IMG/VR virus record: IMGVR_UViG_2684622542_000005
Source of the DNA: a virus
Lineage: Duplodnaviria; Heunggongvirae; Uroviricota; Caudoviricetes
Length of the DNA stretch: 44,309 nucleotides
Reading direction: 5' to 3' (one strand)
The first letter of the stretch is position 1, and each line of letters begins with the position of its first letter. The notes beneath the pieces are model-generated. The model had not been told where the DNA came from, made no database searches, and was given only the letters and a program-made list of their open reading frames with translations. Of the stretch, positions 9,501 through 18,741 are shown one piece after another. Both the position numbers and the translations under genes were made by a program.

Positions 9501-10013
9501 ATGAATCGCGCTTCCCTGATTACCTTAATACATGTCGCAAAACGCGATCTACAGCTTGACCATGATACCTATACATCCGCGCTGCTGGCAGCCACCGGCA
9601 AATCCAGTTGCCGTGATATGTCACCCGGTGAGTTATCCCGCGTGCTGGATGTTTTCAAAAAACGCGGTTTTAAAGTGCGTCAGAAGCCGGTTAACCGGGC
9701 CTTAAAACCGGGTACGGTGACCGCCAAAATTCGCGCCATCTGGAAAGTGATGCACCGGCAGGGATTTATCTCTGATGGCGGGGAAACGGCCCTTAACCGC
9801 TGGGTGAAATCGCAGACGGCCGCGCAGAACGACGGCGAAGGTGTGGCTAACTGGCAGTGGCTGGAGCAACAACCCGCGCTGGCCTCTGATGTGCTGGAGC
9901 GTCTCAAACGCTGGCACCGCCGCAAAATGCTGGCAGCCCTGGATATGTCGGAACGTGCAGTGATGAGTTATGAGCGTGTTTGCAGGCTGTATGAAAAATC
10001 ATTCCCCCGTTAA
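9501..10013 (+). CDS. gemA: GemA-like protein (Mu gp16 family)
   Basis: N-terminus MNRASLITLIHVAKRDLQLDHDTYTSALLAATGKSS..MSPGELSRVLDVFKKRGF follows the gp16/GemA pattern; sits just before the Mor/C activator. Confidence 0.7.
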   Translation: MNRASLITLIHVAKRDLQLDHDTYTSALLAATGKSSCRDMSPGELSRVLDVFKKRGFKVRQKPVNRALKPGTVTAKIRAIWKVMHRQGFISDGGETALNRWVKSQTAAQNDGEGVANWQWLEQQPALASDVLERLKRWHRRKMLAALDMSERAVMSYERVCRLYEKSFPR

Positions 10014-10017
10014 CCCC

Positions 10018-10048
10018 AAATCCCGCCACAGCGCGGGATTTTTATTTT
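10018..10048 (+). terminator. Putative intrinsic terminator after gemA
   Basis: Stem AAATCCCGC / GCGGGATTT with 5-nt loop followed by TTTATTTTAA. Confidence 0.5.
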
Positions 10049-10083
10049 AAACTTGCCCTGTGTAATGATGACCGGAGGCGGGT

Positions 10084-10506
10084 ATGGCTGAAACACAGAT
10101 GAGCATGTTTGGTGACAGCGAACAGCTGCACGCGCTGATTGACCGTCTGGATGATATTCCTGATGATGAGCTGAAAAAGAACTGGCCCGGCACGCTGCGG
10201 GACCTGGTTGATGTGATCAGTGCTGAACTGCACCGTCAGGGGATTGAACCTGCTCAGGCGGGAATGCTTGCCCGTAAGGTTGCAGCCGCACAGGCCGGGT
10301 ACATGGGCGGGCGTGGTTATTATCTCCCGGTCGGTGAATCCCTTTTCACCGAACTGCGCAATAATGAAATTTTTTCCCGCTGGAGCCAGGGCGAAAAAAT
10401 TGAAACCCTGCGCCGCCACTACCAGATGTCAGAGACGCAGATTTACTCCGTTATCCGCAACCAGCGTCGCCTGCATCAGGAACGCACGCAGCCACGGCTT
10501 TTCTGA
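10084..10506 (+). CDS. Mor/C-family transcriptional activator
   Basis: 140 aa, between gemA and the lysis gene; glycine-rich segment followed by a C-terminal HTH-like region, as in Mor/C. Confidence 0.7.
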   Translation: MAETQMSMFGDSEQLHALIDRLDDIPDDELKKNWPGTLRDLVDVISAELHRQGIEPAQAGMLARKVAAAQAGYMGGRGYYLPVGESLFTELRNNEIFSRWSQGEKIETLRRHYQMSETQIYSVIRNQRRLHQERTQPRLF

Positions 10507-10510
10507 TATT

Positions 10511-10527
10511 CCGCAAATCCTGCCCCC
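10511..10527 (+). promoter_or_regulatory. Candidate late-promoter activator site upstream of endolysin
   Basis: CCGCAAATCCTGCCCCC about 50 bp before the lys ATG; near-identical to a motif before the head protease gene. Confidence 0.35.
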
Positions 10528-10577
10528 TTTTCCTCACGGTTACGCTGACTCAGAGAACACCATGAGACAGCGTAACA

Positions 10578-11078
10578 ATGCCAAAACTCCCCGCACCCCT
10601 GCGTAAAAAGCTGATTGCCCTTGTTCTGGCCGGAGCCGGGACGTTCACCATTGCCACGCACTACACCGGCTACTGGGAAGGGAAAGAAAACACCACGTAC
10701 ATTGATCCCACCGGCACCCCCACCATCTGTTACGGCCATACCGGCCCGGATGTGAAACCGGGGATGACAAAAACTGATGAAGAGTGTCTGGAGCTGCTGG
10801 AAAAGGACATGAAATGGGCCTTTGCGGCTATCGATCGTCATGTTCAGGTGCCGCTTACCCGTGGTCAGACGGTGGCGCTGGCCTCCTGGATTTTCTGGGC
10901 CGGTGAAACGAACTTTCGCAACTCCACGCTCCTGCGCCTTATCAATGCCGGGCAGATGCCCGCGTCCTGTAAGCAGTATATCCGCTGGATTTATTCAAAG
11001 GGGGTAAAACTCCCCGGTCTTGAGGCCCGCCGTTCGGCGGATGAATGGTTATGTCGTTACGATTTGCCGAAAGTCTGA
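10578..11078 (+). CDS. lys: SAR endolysin (phage lysozyme, T4/lambda-R type)
   Basis: N-terminal hydrophobic signal-anchor (LIALVLAGAGTFTIATHYTGY) followed by the lysozyme catalytic segment YWEGKENTTYIDPTGTPTICYGHTG. Confidence 0.8.
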   Translation: MPKLPAPLRKKLIALVLAGAGTFTIATHYTGYWEGKENTTYIDPTGTPTICYGHTGPDVKPGMTKTDEECLELLEKDMKWAFAAIDRHVQVPLTRGQTVALASWIFWAGETNFRNSTLLRLINAGQMPASCKQYIRWIYSKGVKLPGLEARRSADEWLCRYDLPKV

Positions 11079-11151
11079 ACCGCTTCTGGCGACCGCTCAT
11101 GATTGCGCTGCTGTGTGCCGTTGTGCTGCTGCGGGGTGTGCTGTGTCTGCG

Positions 11152-11394
11152 GTGAACAATCCCTTACCGGCCCTGATTGCCGGAGGCTGTATGGCGGCGC
11201 TGGGGGTGATGAGCGTGCTGGCTGCCGTGGTATGGGGAATGCACCAGAAGACGCAGCGCCTTGAGGACAATAATCATGTGCTTGTGCGTGAACGGGACGA
11301 AGCCCGTCTGGTGCTGGCAAACCAGCAACGCACCCTGCAACTCATTTCACAAATCAGCAAGGCGGCCACGAATGAAAAACAGCAGAACATGCAG
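11152..11394 (+). CDS. Putative i-spanin (Rz-like), runs into N-run
   Basis: Directly after lys; predicted TM helix (PLPALIAGGCMAALGVMSVLAAVVWGM) then coiled-coil; start ambiguous (GTG 11152 or ATG 11191). Confidence 0.45.
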
Positions 11395-11654
11395 NNNNNN
11401 NNNNNNNNNNNNNNNNNNNNNNNNNNNNNNNNNNNNNNNNNNNNNNNNNNNNNNNNNNNNNNNNNNNNNNNNNNNNNNNNNNNNNNNNNNNNNNNNNNNN
11501 NNNNNNNNNNNNNNNNNNNNNNNNNNNNNNNNNNNNNNNNNNNNNNNNNNNNNNNNNNNNNNNNNNNNNNNNNNNNNNNNNNNNNNNNNNNNNNNNNNNN
11601 NNNNNNNNNNNNNNNNNNNNNNNNNNNNNNNNNNNNNNNNNNNNNNNNNNNNNN

Positions 11655-11745
11655 GGCCAGCATCCGCCGTCTGGAGACACAGCGACAGCATGAATTTACT
11701 GATATGGCCGGAACGACTGCTGTTCCGGCAGGAAAGACGAAGTAA
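11655..11745 (+). CDS. C-terminal fragment of a lysis-region gene emerging from the N-run
   Basis: Open frame ...ASIRRLETQRQHEFTDMAGTTAVPAGKTK*; may be the end of the i-spanin or an o-spanin. Confidence 0.3.
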
Positions 11746-11755
11746 GGAAAAAGGT

Positions 11756-11983
11756 ATGGATGATTCAGATTGTGCTCAGGCAGTCATGGAGCGTGCAACA
11801 GAACGCGCCCTTTGTGACCGGCTGACACGTAAGCGCCGGGTGGCGGAGACACCGGGCAGGCGTGTATGCGCGGACTGCGGGGGTGACATTCCGGCTGCCC
11901 GTCTGGTTGCCGTGCCGGATGCCATCCGTTGTGTGAACTGCCAGAACATCATGGAGGCCGGTCATGTGGGTCAGCATCGTTAA
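11756..11983 (+). CDS. TraR/DksA-family C4 zinc-finger protein
   Basis: 75 aa with CADCGG...CVNCQ four-cysteine zinc finger. Confidence 0.7.
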   Translation: MDDSDCAQAVMERATERALCDRLTRKRRVAETPGRRVCADCGGDIPAARLVAVPDAIRCVNCQNIMEAGHVGQHR

Positions 11984-12275
11984 AGATTATGTCGTGCCGA
12001 TCCTGTCGGCAACGGCCACAGCCGGGGGGATCTTCATGGCGCTGATGCGCAAAACCTTTGTCCCCCGCGAGGCCTTTGAAAAACTCTCCGACCGGGTTGA
12101 GCGGGTGGAGAGCCGGATTTCCGGCCTGCCCACGCAGCAGGAGGTGAACAGACTCAATATCGAAATCACCACCCTGCGCGGTGAGCTTAAGGCCACCAAT
12201 GCCACCCTGAAATCCGTCTCCCATCAGAACGAACTGCTGCTGGAGCAGGCTGTAAGGAAAAAACACAATGAGTGA
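11964..12275 (+). CDS. Hypothetical membrane/coiled-coil protein
   Basis: 103 aa, N-terminal hydrophobic helix then coiled-coil. Confidence 0.55.
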   Translation: MWVSIVKDYVVPILSATATAGGIFMALMRKTFVPREAFEKLSDRVERVESRISGLPTQQEVNRLNIEITTLRGELKATNATLKSVSHQNELLLEQAVRKKHNE

Positions 12276-12558
12276 TTTCATTACTGAAGATCAGCGTCTT
12301 GTCATTCTGCGGTCGCTGGCGGATTACAACGGCGAACTGGGCGAATCCGTGCTTCAGGACTGCCTGGATGATTACGGTCACCGCGTGTCCCGCGACACCG
12401 TTCATACCCACATTGCCTGGCTTGCCGAGCAGGGACTGGTGCGTAAGCGCACGCTTGTTAACGGTTATTTCATCGCTGAACTGACCGGCCGGGGTCAGGA
12501 TGTGGCGGAAGGCCGCGCCACCGTTCCGGGTGTGAAGAAACCACGCGCAAGGGGGTAA
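12268..12558 (+). CDS. Hypothetical protein
   Basis: 96-aa ORF in the position of the Mu gene preceding the small terminase. Confidence 0.55.
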   Translation: MSDFITEDQRLVILRSLADYNGELGESVLQDCLDDYGHRVSRDTVHTHIAWLAEQGLVRKRTLVNGYFIAELTGRGQDVAEGRATVPGVKKPRARG

Positions 12559-12560
12559 CG

Positions 12561-13142
12561 ATGGATAAGCCAGCGCGTGGCCGTGTACGCAAGGTGGATT
12601 TGCTCCCCGACAGCATCCGTAAGCCGCTGCTGGAAATGCTGCGTGAAAAACGTCTGACGCAGGTCCAGATCCGCGAGGAAATCAACCGTCTGATCCGTGA
12701 AGCAGGTCTGCCGGAAGAGCAGCAGCTCTCACCGGCGGCCATCAGCCGGGAAGCCTCCCGTAATGAGCTGATTGCCCGTAATCTGCGTGATTTACGCGAG
12801 CAGACAAAAGCCATGATGGCCGAACTGGGGGATAAGCCGACCGGTGAAACCACGGCACTGATTCTGGAGATGTCCCGTGCCCTGATGTACCGCCGTCTGC
12901 GTGCCGCCACCGAATCCCTGAACAGCGACAGCGATGTGGATATGCGCCTTATTAAGGACATCCTCCTGTCGGCACAGCGTGCAGAAAGTGCCGCCGAGCG
13001 CAGCATTAAGCGTGAAAAAGAAATCCGGGCCGCATTTGCTGAAGAGATGGCGAATGCGGTCACCGATGAGTTGCGCGGCGTGGATGGCATGAGCGAGCAG
13101 ATCGAATTCCGTATCAGGCAGATGCTGCTGGGTAAGGCGTAG
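12561..13142 (+). CDS. Putative terminase small subunit / DNA-binding protein (Mu gp27-like)
   Basis: 193 aa immediately upstream of the large terminase region. Confidence 0.65.
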   Translation: MDKPARGRVRKVDLLPDSIRKPLLEMLREKRLTQVQIREEINRLIREAGLPEEQQLSPAAISREASRNELIARNLRDLREQTKAMMAELGDKPTGETTALILEMSRALMYRRLRAATESLNSDSDVDMRLIKDILLSAQRAESAAERSIKREKEIRAAFAEEMANAVTDELRGVDGMSEQIEFRIRQMLLGKA

Positions 13143-13152
13143 GAGGTGAATC

Positions 13153-13401
13153 ATGGCAACAGATAACCGCTCACTGATGAGCAGTGCCCATCAGAAAGCA
13201 TTCAGTCTTGCAACACAGTTACCTCCTGAAACCATAAAGGTATGTCGTGAGTTGACTGAACTCAGCATTGCCGGGGAAATATCCCTGGAACAACTGCATT
13301 CGCTGCTGGCAGAGGCTGCCACTGATGAGTTGAGCGGCGTGGACGTGATGACTGAAGAGCTTGAGTCCCGAATCAAAAGCATTCTGACAGGTAAAGCATG
13401 A
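13153..13401 (+). CDS. Hypothetical small protein sharing a C-terminal motif with the preceding gene
   Basis: C-terminus TDELSGVDVMTEELESRIKSILTGKA parallels TDELRGVDGMSEQIEFRIRQMLLGKA of the upstream protein. Confidence 0.5.
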   Translation: MATDNRSLMSSAHQKAFSLATQLPPETIKVCRELTELSIAGEISLEQLHSLLAEAATDELSGVDVMTEELESRIKSILTGKA

Positions 13402-15065
13402 TGAACAAAGCCAGAGAAACGTCGCCTTCACTGATGCAAATGACGCCTCCCCGCAAAATTGATCTGTCAGGTGAAAAAGCCCTGCTGGGCGTGGATGTGC
13501 CGGACAGCCTTGATTTGCCCGGTGATATGCCGGTGTTTCTGGATTATCAGGCCCGCTGGTTTGCAGATGAAAGTCAGGTCTGCATCGCGGAGAAATCCCG
13601 CCGCACCGGTCTTACCTGGGCGGAAGCCGGGCGTAACGTCATTACTGCTGCAAAACCGAAGCGTCGTGGTGGCCGCAATGTGTTTTATGTGGGATCAAAG
13701 CAGGAGATGGCGCTGGAATATATTTCTGCCTGCGCGCTGTTCTCCCGTGCCTTTAACCAGCTGGCAGATGCTGATGTGTATGAGCAGACATTCTGGGATC
13801 GGGATAAAAAAGAAGAAATTTTGACCTACATGATCCGCTTTCCGAACAGTGGATTCAAAATTCAGGCATTGTCTTCCCGTCCGTCAAACCTGCGCGGCCT
13901 TCAGGGGGATGTGGTGATTGATGAAGCCGCGTTCCACGAGTCACTGGATGAGCTTCTCAAGGCGGCAATGGCGCTCACTATGTGGGGCGCGCGCGTGCGT
14001 ATTATCTCCACGCATAACGGCGTCGATAATCTGTTTAATCAGTACATTCAGGAAGCCCGCGAGGGGCGCAAGGATTACAGCGTCCACCGCATAACCCTGG
14101 ATGATGCCATTGCGGACGGGCTGTACCGTCGTATCTGTTACGTCACCGATCAGGAATGGTCACCGGAAAGCGAGCAGAAATGGCGTGATGATCTCTACAA
14201 AAACGCCCCGACCCGTGAGGATGCCGACGAGGAATACGGCTGTATCCCGAAAAAATCCGGCGGTGCCTATATCCCCCACGCGCTTATTGAAATGGCGATG
14301 ATCCGCGACATCCCGATTCTGACGTTTGAAGCCCCGGACAACTTCATCAGCCGTGCCGCATGGCTGCGTGAATCGGAAGTTTTAACCTGGTGTGAAGAAC
14401 ATTTAAAACCGCTTTTAGAGAAATTAAATCCCCGTTCCCGCTTCAGCTTCGGGGAAGACTTTGCCCGCACCGGTGACCTGTCCTGCTTTGTGCTGCTGGA
14501 AATCACCGAATCCCTGGCAAAGCGCGAGGTGTTTCGCGTGGAGCTGCGCAACCTGCCGTATGCCCAGCAGGAACAGGTGATGATGTACATCCTGACCCGC
14601 GTTCCGGCGCTGGTCGGTGCGGCGTTCGACGCCACCGGTAACGGCGGCTATCTGGCAGAGGCCGCACTGCTGGCCTTTGGCCCGGACATCATCGACTGCG
14701 TGATGTTGTCGCCGAAGTGGTACGGCGAGTGGATGCCAAAACTGAAAGCCGAGTTTGAAGATCAGAATATCCTCGTCGCCCGCCATCAGACCACGCTTGA
14801 TGATTTGCGCCATGTGAAGGTAGTGAATGGTATCCCGCAAATCGACAAGGGGCGCACGAAGGACCAGAACGCAACGGCTGCGAACGCCCGCCGCCATGGT
14901 GATTTTGCCGTGGCGCTCTGTATGGCAAACCGGGCGTCATACATGGAGGGCTTCATCCTGGATGAATCAGCCTGTCAGGCGCTACAGGAGCGGTCGCGGG
15001 CAATGGAGGGCGGTTATCGTGATGACGATGAGGCATATCATGAATTTGATCGGGGGGGCTGGTAG
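13398..15065 (+). CDS. Terminase large subunit (Mu gp28-like)
   Basis: 555 aa, precedes the portal gene. Confidence 0.85.
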   Translation: MMNKARETSPSLMQMTPPRKIDLSGEKALLGVDVPDSLDLPGDMPVFLDYQARWFADESQVCIAEKSRRTGLTWAEAGRNVITAAKPKRRGGRNVFYVGSKQEMALEYISACALFSRAFNQLADADVYEQTFWDRDKKEEILTYMIRFPNSGFKIQALSSRPSNLRGLQGDVVIDEAAFHESLDELLKAAMALTMWGARVRIISTHNGVDNLFNQYIQEAREGRKDYSVHRITLDDAIADGLYRRICYVTDQEWSPESEQKWRDDLYKNAPTREDADEEYGCIPKKSGGAYIPHALIEMAMIRDIPILTFEAPDNFISRAAWLRESEVLTWCEEHLKPLLEKLNPRSRFSFGEDFARTGDLSCFVLLEITESLAKREVFRVELRNLPYAQQEQVMMYILTRVPALVGAAFDATGNGGYLAEAALLAFGPDIIDCVMLSPKWYGEWMPKLKAEFEDQNILVARHQTTLDDLRHVKVVNGIPQIDKGRTKDQNATAANARRHGDFAVALCMANRASYMEGFILDESACQALQERSRAMEGGYRDDDEAYHEFDRGGW

Positions 15066-16654
15066 TGGGACGCATCATTGATACTGACGGAAAACCTTTC
15101 TCCTTTGACCCGGAGATGCAGAGTGCCGCGCTGGATATTCCGCAGATTGCCAGCCGTTATATTGAACATCCGGCTTCGGGTATCACCCCGAACCGGGCGG
15201 CGCAGTGCCTTCGCGGGGCTGAACGTGGCGATCTGATTGCCCAGTCCGATCTGGCCGCTGATATTGAAGAAAAGGACACCCACCTTTTTGCGGAGCTGGG
15301 CAAGCGACGTCTTGCCATTCAGGGGGTGCCATGGAGTATTGAGCCGCCACCGAACGCCAGCGCGAATGAGAAAAAGGACGCGGAAATGCTCGACGAATAT
15401 CTGCATTCCGCAGACTGGTTTGATGCCATGCTGTTTGACGCCACGGATGCCATCCTGAAGGGCTATTCCTGCATGGAAATTGAGCACGGGATGCTCGGTA
15501 AAATGCACATCATCCGCGCCATCCGCTGGCGTGACAGCGGGCATTTCTGCCTTAACCCGGATGATTTGAGCGAACTGCGGCTGCGTGACGGCAGCCATGC
15601 CGGGGTGGCGTTTCAGCCCTTTGGCTGGATAGTGCATCAGTCGCGTTCACGCACCGGCTACGGTGGTGCGACGGGGCTTGTCAGAACGCTTATCTGGCCG
15701 TTCATTTTCAAAAACTATTCCGTGCGCGATCTGGCGGAATTTCTGGAGGTGTACGGCCTGCCAATGAAGGTCGGGAAATACCCGTCCGGGGCAACACCGG
15801 AGCAGAAAAGTGCCCTGATGCGGGCGGTGATGGATATCGGGCGACGTACAGGCGGGATCATCCCGGCCGGGATGTCGCTGGAGTTTCAGGCGGCAGCGAA
15901 CGGTCAGGCCGATCCGTTTGAAACCATGATTTCGTGGGGTGAGCGTTCCATCTCCAAAGCAATACTCGGCGGCACGCTGACCACAGAAGCCGGAGACAAA
16001 GGCGCGCGCTCGCTGGGTGAGGTGCATAACGAGGTGCGCCGGGAAATCAGGGATTCTGATTTACGCCAGCTGGCTGCAACCCTGAACCGCGATCTGGTGT
16101 ATCCGCTGTATGCCCTGAACACCGCCCACGCCATTGATATCCGTCGCCTGCCGCGTATCTGTTTCCAGACCAAAGAACCGGGGGATATCACCAAAATAGC
16201 CAGTGCGGTGATGCAACTCAGTGCGGGGATGGATATTCCTGATCCCTGGGTACGGGATCAGACCGGTATTCCACAGCCCACGCCCGGTGAAGCCATATTC
16301 CGTGTCCGTCAGAGCAGTAATGAACCGGCCATGCCTGACAGGGAAACGCTACCGGAAAAACAGGAAAAGACAGAACAGACGGCGCTTTCAGCCCGACTGC
16401 CGGAAGCGAAAAACACGCCGCGTGATGAACTGGACGACATGGGGGACGCGGTGCCTGCCCGCCGCTTACAGGAGGCCATCGATCCGGTGCTGGAGCCGGT
16501 CATTGATGTCATCAGAACGCGGGGGCTGGCGGAGGCACTGGCAGACCTGCCTGCCCTTTACCGTGAAATGGATGATTCCCGCCTGATGACGCTGCTCAGT
16601 GATGCCATGTTTGCTGCGGAAATGAAGGGGATGCTGGATGGCTCAGGGGATTGA
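15065..16654 (+). CDS. Portal protein (Mu gp29-like)
   Basis: 529 aa between terminase and head morphogenesis genes; GTG start overlaps the terminase stop. Confidence 0.85.
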   Translation: MGRIIDTDGKPFSFDPEMQSAALDIPQIASRYIEHPASGITPNRAAQCLRGAERGDLIAQSDLAADIEEKDTHLFAELGKRRLAIQGVPWSIEPPPNASANEKKDAEMLDEYLHSADWFDAMLFDATDAILKGYSCMEIEHGMLGKMHIIRAIRWRDSGHFCLNPDDLSELRLRDGSHAGVAFQPFGWIVHQSRSRTGYGGATGLVRTLIWPFIFKNYSVRDLAEFLEVYGLPMKVGKYPSGATPEQKSALMRAVMDIGRRTGGIIPAGMSLEFQAAANGQADPFETMISWGERSISKAILGGTLTTEAGDKGARSLGEVHNEVRREIRDSDLRQLAATLNRDLVYPLYALNTAHAIDIRRLPRICFQTKEPGDITKIASAVMQLSAGMDIPDPWVRDQTGIPQPTPGEAIFRVRQSSNEPAMPDRETLPEKQEKTEQTALSARLPEAKNTPRDELDDMGDAVPARRLQEAIDPVLEPVIDVIRTRGLAEALADLPALYREMDDSRLMTLLSDAMFAAEMKGMLDGSGD

Positions 16655-17969
16655 TTTAGGTTATGCCGCCACGCTTCCCTCAAAAGAGACGGTGGCATAC
16701 TTCCGCGCCAAAGGGGCGCATATCAGCTGGAACTGGTTCGAAACAGACGCGGATGTTCATGCCCGCTCATTCACGGCAGCAAAAACGGCACGGCTGGATG
16801 TGGTAACCACATTACAGGCCGAAGTGCAGCGGGCCATTGATGAGGGGATTTCACAGAAAGAATTTATCCGCACACTGACGCCACGCCTGCAAAAGCTGGG
16901 ATGGTGGGGAAAGCAGATTGTGGTGGACAGCGACGGTAACGCGGAAGAAGTGCAGCAGGGCAGTCCCCGTCGTCTGGCGCTGATTTACAACGTGAACACC
17001 CGTGTGGCTTACAATGCCGGGCGTTACACGCAGATGATGAACAACACGGACACGCATCCGTTCTGGCAGTATGTGGCGGTCATGGACAGCCGTACCCGCC
17101 CGTCGCATTCCGCCCTTAACGGTCTGGTATTCCGCTATGACGATCCGTTCTGGAAAACACACTACCCGCCCAATGGCTGGAACTGCCGCTGCCGTGTGCG
17201 GCCATTGTCTCAGGCCCGTCTGGATGCAATGGGGTTATCCGTTTCATCCGGTGAGGATCATCTCTCCACCCGCAATGTTGAGGCTGGCGTGGATAAACAG
17301 ACCGGAGAAGTCAGAGAAATGCCGGTGACCACATATTCAGATGGCGCCAGAACCATGACACCGGATGTGGGCTGGTCATATAACCCCGGCTCGGCAGCGT
17401 TCGGCACAGACCAGGCGCTGATCCGCAAACTGATCGAGGTGAAAAGCCCGGCGTTACGGGAAATGGTGGTTCAGGAGATGAACAACAGCCCGGAGCGGCA
17501 GCTGGCGTTCCGCATCTGGGCAAAAAACATCATGCAGACCCGGCGAGGTGGTAACGATATCCGCACGCTGGGCTTTATGACTGAAAGCATTGCGCAGGCA
17601 GTGGAAAGCCGGACGGGAACGCCACCGGCCCGCCTGCTGGCGATGAGCGGTAAAAATGTGCTCCATGCGGACAGTGTGAAACATCAGAATGACGGCATCG
17701 CTCTGACGCCGGAGGACTTCGGGCGCTTACCGGCAATGCTGGCAAGGCCAAAAGCGGTACTGTGGGACAAACGGCACAACAATCTGATGTATATCGTGGA
17801 AAATCAGGATGGCAGTGTGCAGATTGCCGTTAATGCACCGTACAGTCTGAAACGTCAGCCCGACAAACTGGATGTGATTGTGAATGCTTACCGGGTTATC
17901 AATATGGATAAGCTGAAATCGGATATCCGGGGCGGAATGCTTGAGGTGCTGGAAGGACAAATTGATTAA
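16638..17969 (+). CDS. Head morphogenesis protein (Mu F-like)
   Basis: 443 aa with HPFWQYVAVMDSRTRPSHSALNGLVF...NGWNCRCRV core. Confidence 0.85.
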   Translation: MAQGIDLGYAATLPSKETVAYFRAKGAHISWNWFETDADVHARSFTAAKTARLDVVTTLQAEVQRAIDEGISQKEFIRTLTPRLQKLGWWGKQIVVDSDGNAEEVQQGSPRRLALIYNVNTRVAYNAGRYTQMMNNTDTHPFWQYVAVMDSRTRPSHSALNGLVFRYDDPFWKTHYPPNGWNCRCRVRPLSQARLDAMGLSVSSGEDHLSTRNVEAGVDKQTGEVREMPVTTYSDGARTMTPDVGWSYNPGSAAFGTDQALIRKLIEVKSPALREMVVQEMNNSPERQLAFRIWAKNIMQTRRGGNDIRTLGFMTESIAQAVESRTGTPPARLLAMSGKNVLHADSVKHQNDGIALTPEDFGRLPAMLARPKAVLWDKRHNNLMYIVENQDGSVQIAVNAPYSLKRQPDKLDVIVNAYRVINMDKLKSDIRGGMLEVLEGQID

Positions 17970-17971
17970 CG

Positions 17972-18056
17972 GTCAGTGGCGGGGGTCGAACCCGCATACA
18001 TGATCCACCCGGAGGCAGGCACCGACTTTACCAGTTAAGCGTACACTGACCGCCTG
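17972..18056 (-). other. tRNA-like structured element (acceptor stem plus T-arm, no canonical anticodon arm)
   Basis: Minus strand reads GTCAGTG-TA-...-GCGGG-TTCGACC-CCCGC-CACTGAC-C: a 7-bp acceptor-like stem and a T-arm with TTCGA loop; anticodon stem could not be folded by eye. Confidence 0.3.
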
Positions 18057-18090
18057 TTTATTTTATATTCATCCTTTATGCGGAGGCAAT

Positions 18091-18564
18091 ATGTCATCCA
18101 TTGATGCAGCTGTCGTTGTTGACGTTACGCGTCTCCAGCGAGTGTTTGCCCGGCTTCAGTTTGTGGGCGGCGGAAAAGACCTGGCCCGCAGTGTGGCGGC
18201 GAGTCTTCTGTCATCGTCAGAAATGGCGTTTGAGCAGGAAAAAGAGCCGGATGGTGAACGCTGGCATGACTGGTCAGATCCTTACCGTGAGTGGCGTACC
18301 CGTAAGGGATACACGCCCGGCAAAATCCTGACGCTGAACGGCGATCTGGCCCGCCGCCTGACCACGGATTATGGCGATACCTGGGCGCTGATTGGATCAA
18401 ATGAACCTTATGCAGCCATTCATCAGTGGGGTGGCCTGCCTGGTATGCCACCGGGACCGGCGGCCATTGGCGCACGTCCGTATATGGGCTTTGATCAGGT
18501 GGCAGAACAGGAGATCATGGACGAAATCAGAAAACGCTTTAAAAAGGCCACAGAAACGCCGTAA
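18091..18564 (+). CDS. Virion morphogenesis protein (Mu G-like)
   Basis: 157 aa, between F-like and protease genes as in Mu. Confidence 0.75.
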   Translation: MSSIDAAVVVDVTRLQRVFARLQFVGGGKDLARSVAASLLSSSEMAFEQEKEPDGERWHDWSDPYREWRTRKGYTPGKILTLNGDLARRLTTDYGDTWALIGSNEPYAAIHQWGGLPGMPPGPAAIGARPYMGFDQVAEQEIMDEIRKRFKKATETP

Positions 18565-18699
18565 TGGTTTAAGGTATGCAAACGTATTACCTTACCCCCT
18601 TCAGGCGCGTGTCGTGATTTTCTAACCTGTATTTAACGGGCTTTAAAATCTGCGTGAAGCGCCTTTCTCATTCCCCCCCTGTCAGCACTTTCTGAAGTC

Positions 18700-18715
18700 C
18701 CGCAAAACCAGCCCC
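18700..18715 (+). promoter_or_regulatory. Candidate late-promoter activator site upstream of head protease gene
   Basis: CCGCAAAACCAGCCCC about 25 bp before ATG 18742, in a 177-bp gap; matches the motif upstream of lys. Confidence 0.35.
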
Positions 18716-18741
18716 AAAAATACCCGGCTTATGCTGCCGGT

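Noticed and set aside
11099-11155. 18-codon hydrophobic mini-ORF (MIALLCAVVLLRGVLCLR) after the endolysin as a possible holin or o-spanin
   Set aside because: Too short, no lipobox, and alternative frames exist; the lysis accessory genes cannot be resolved because of the N-run.
17972-18056. Calling the tRNA-like element a bona fide tRNA with a specific anticodon
   Set aside because: Only acceptor and T-arm fold convincingly by eye; kept as a tRNA-like structure.
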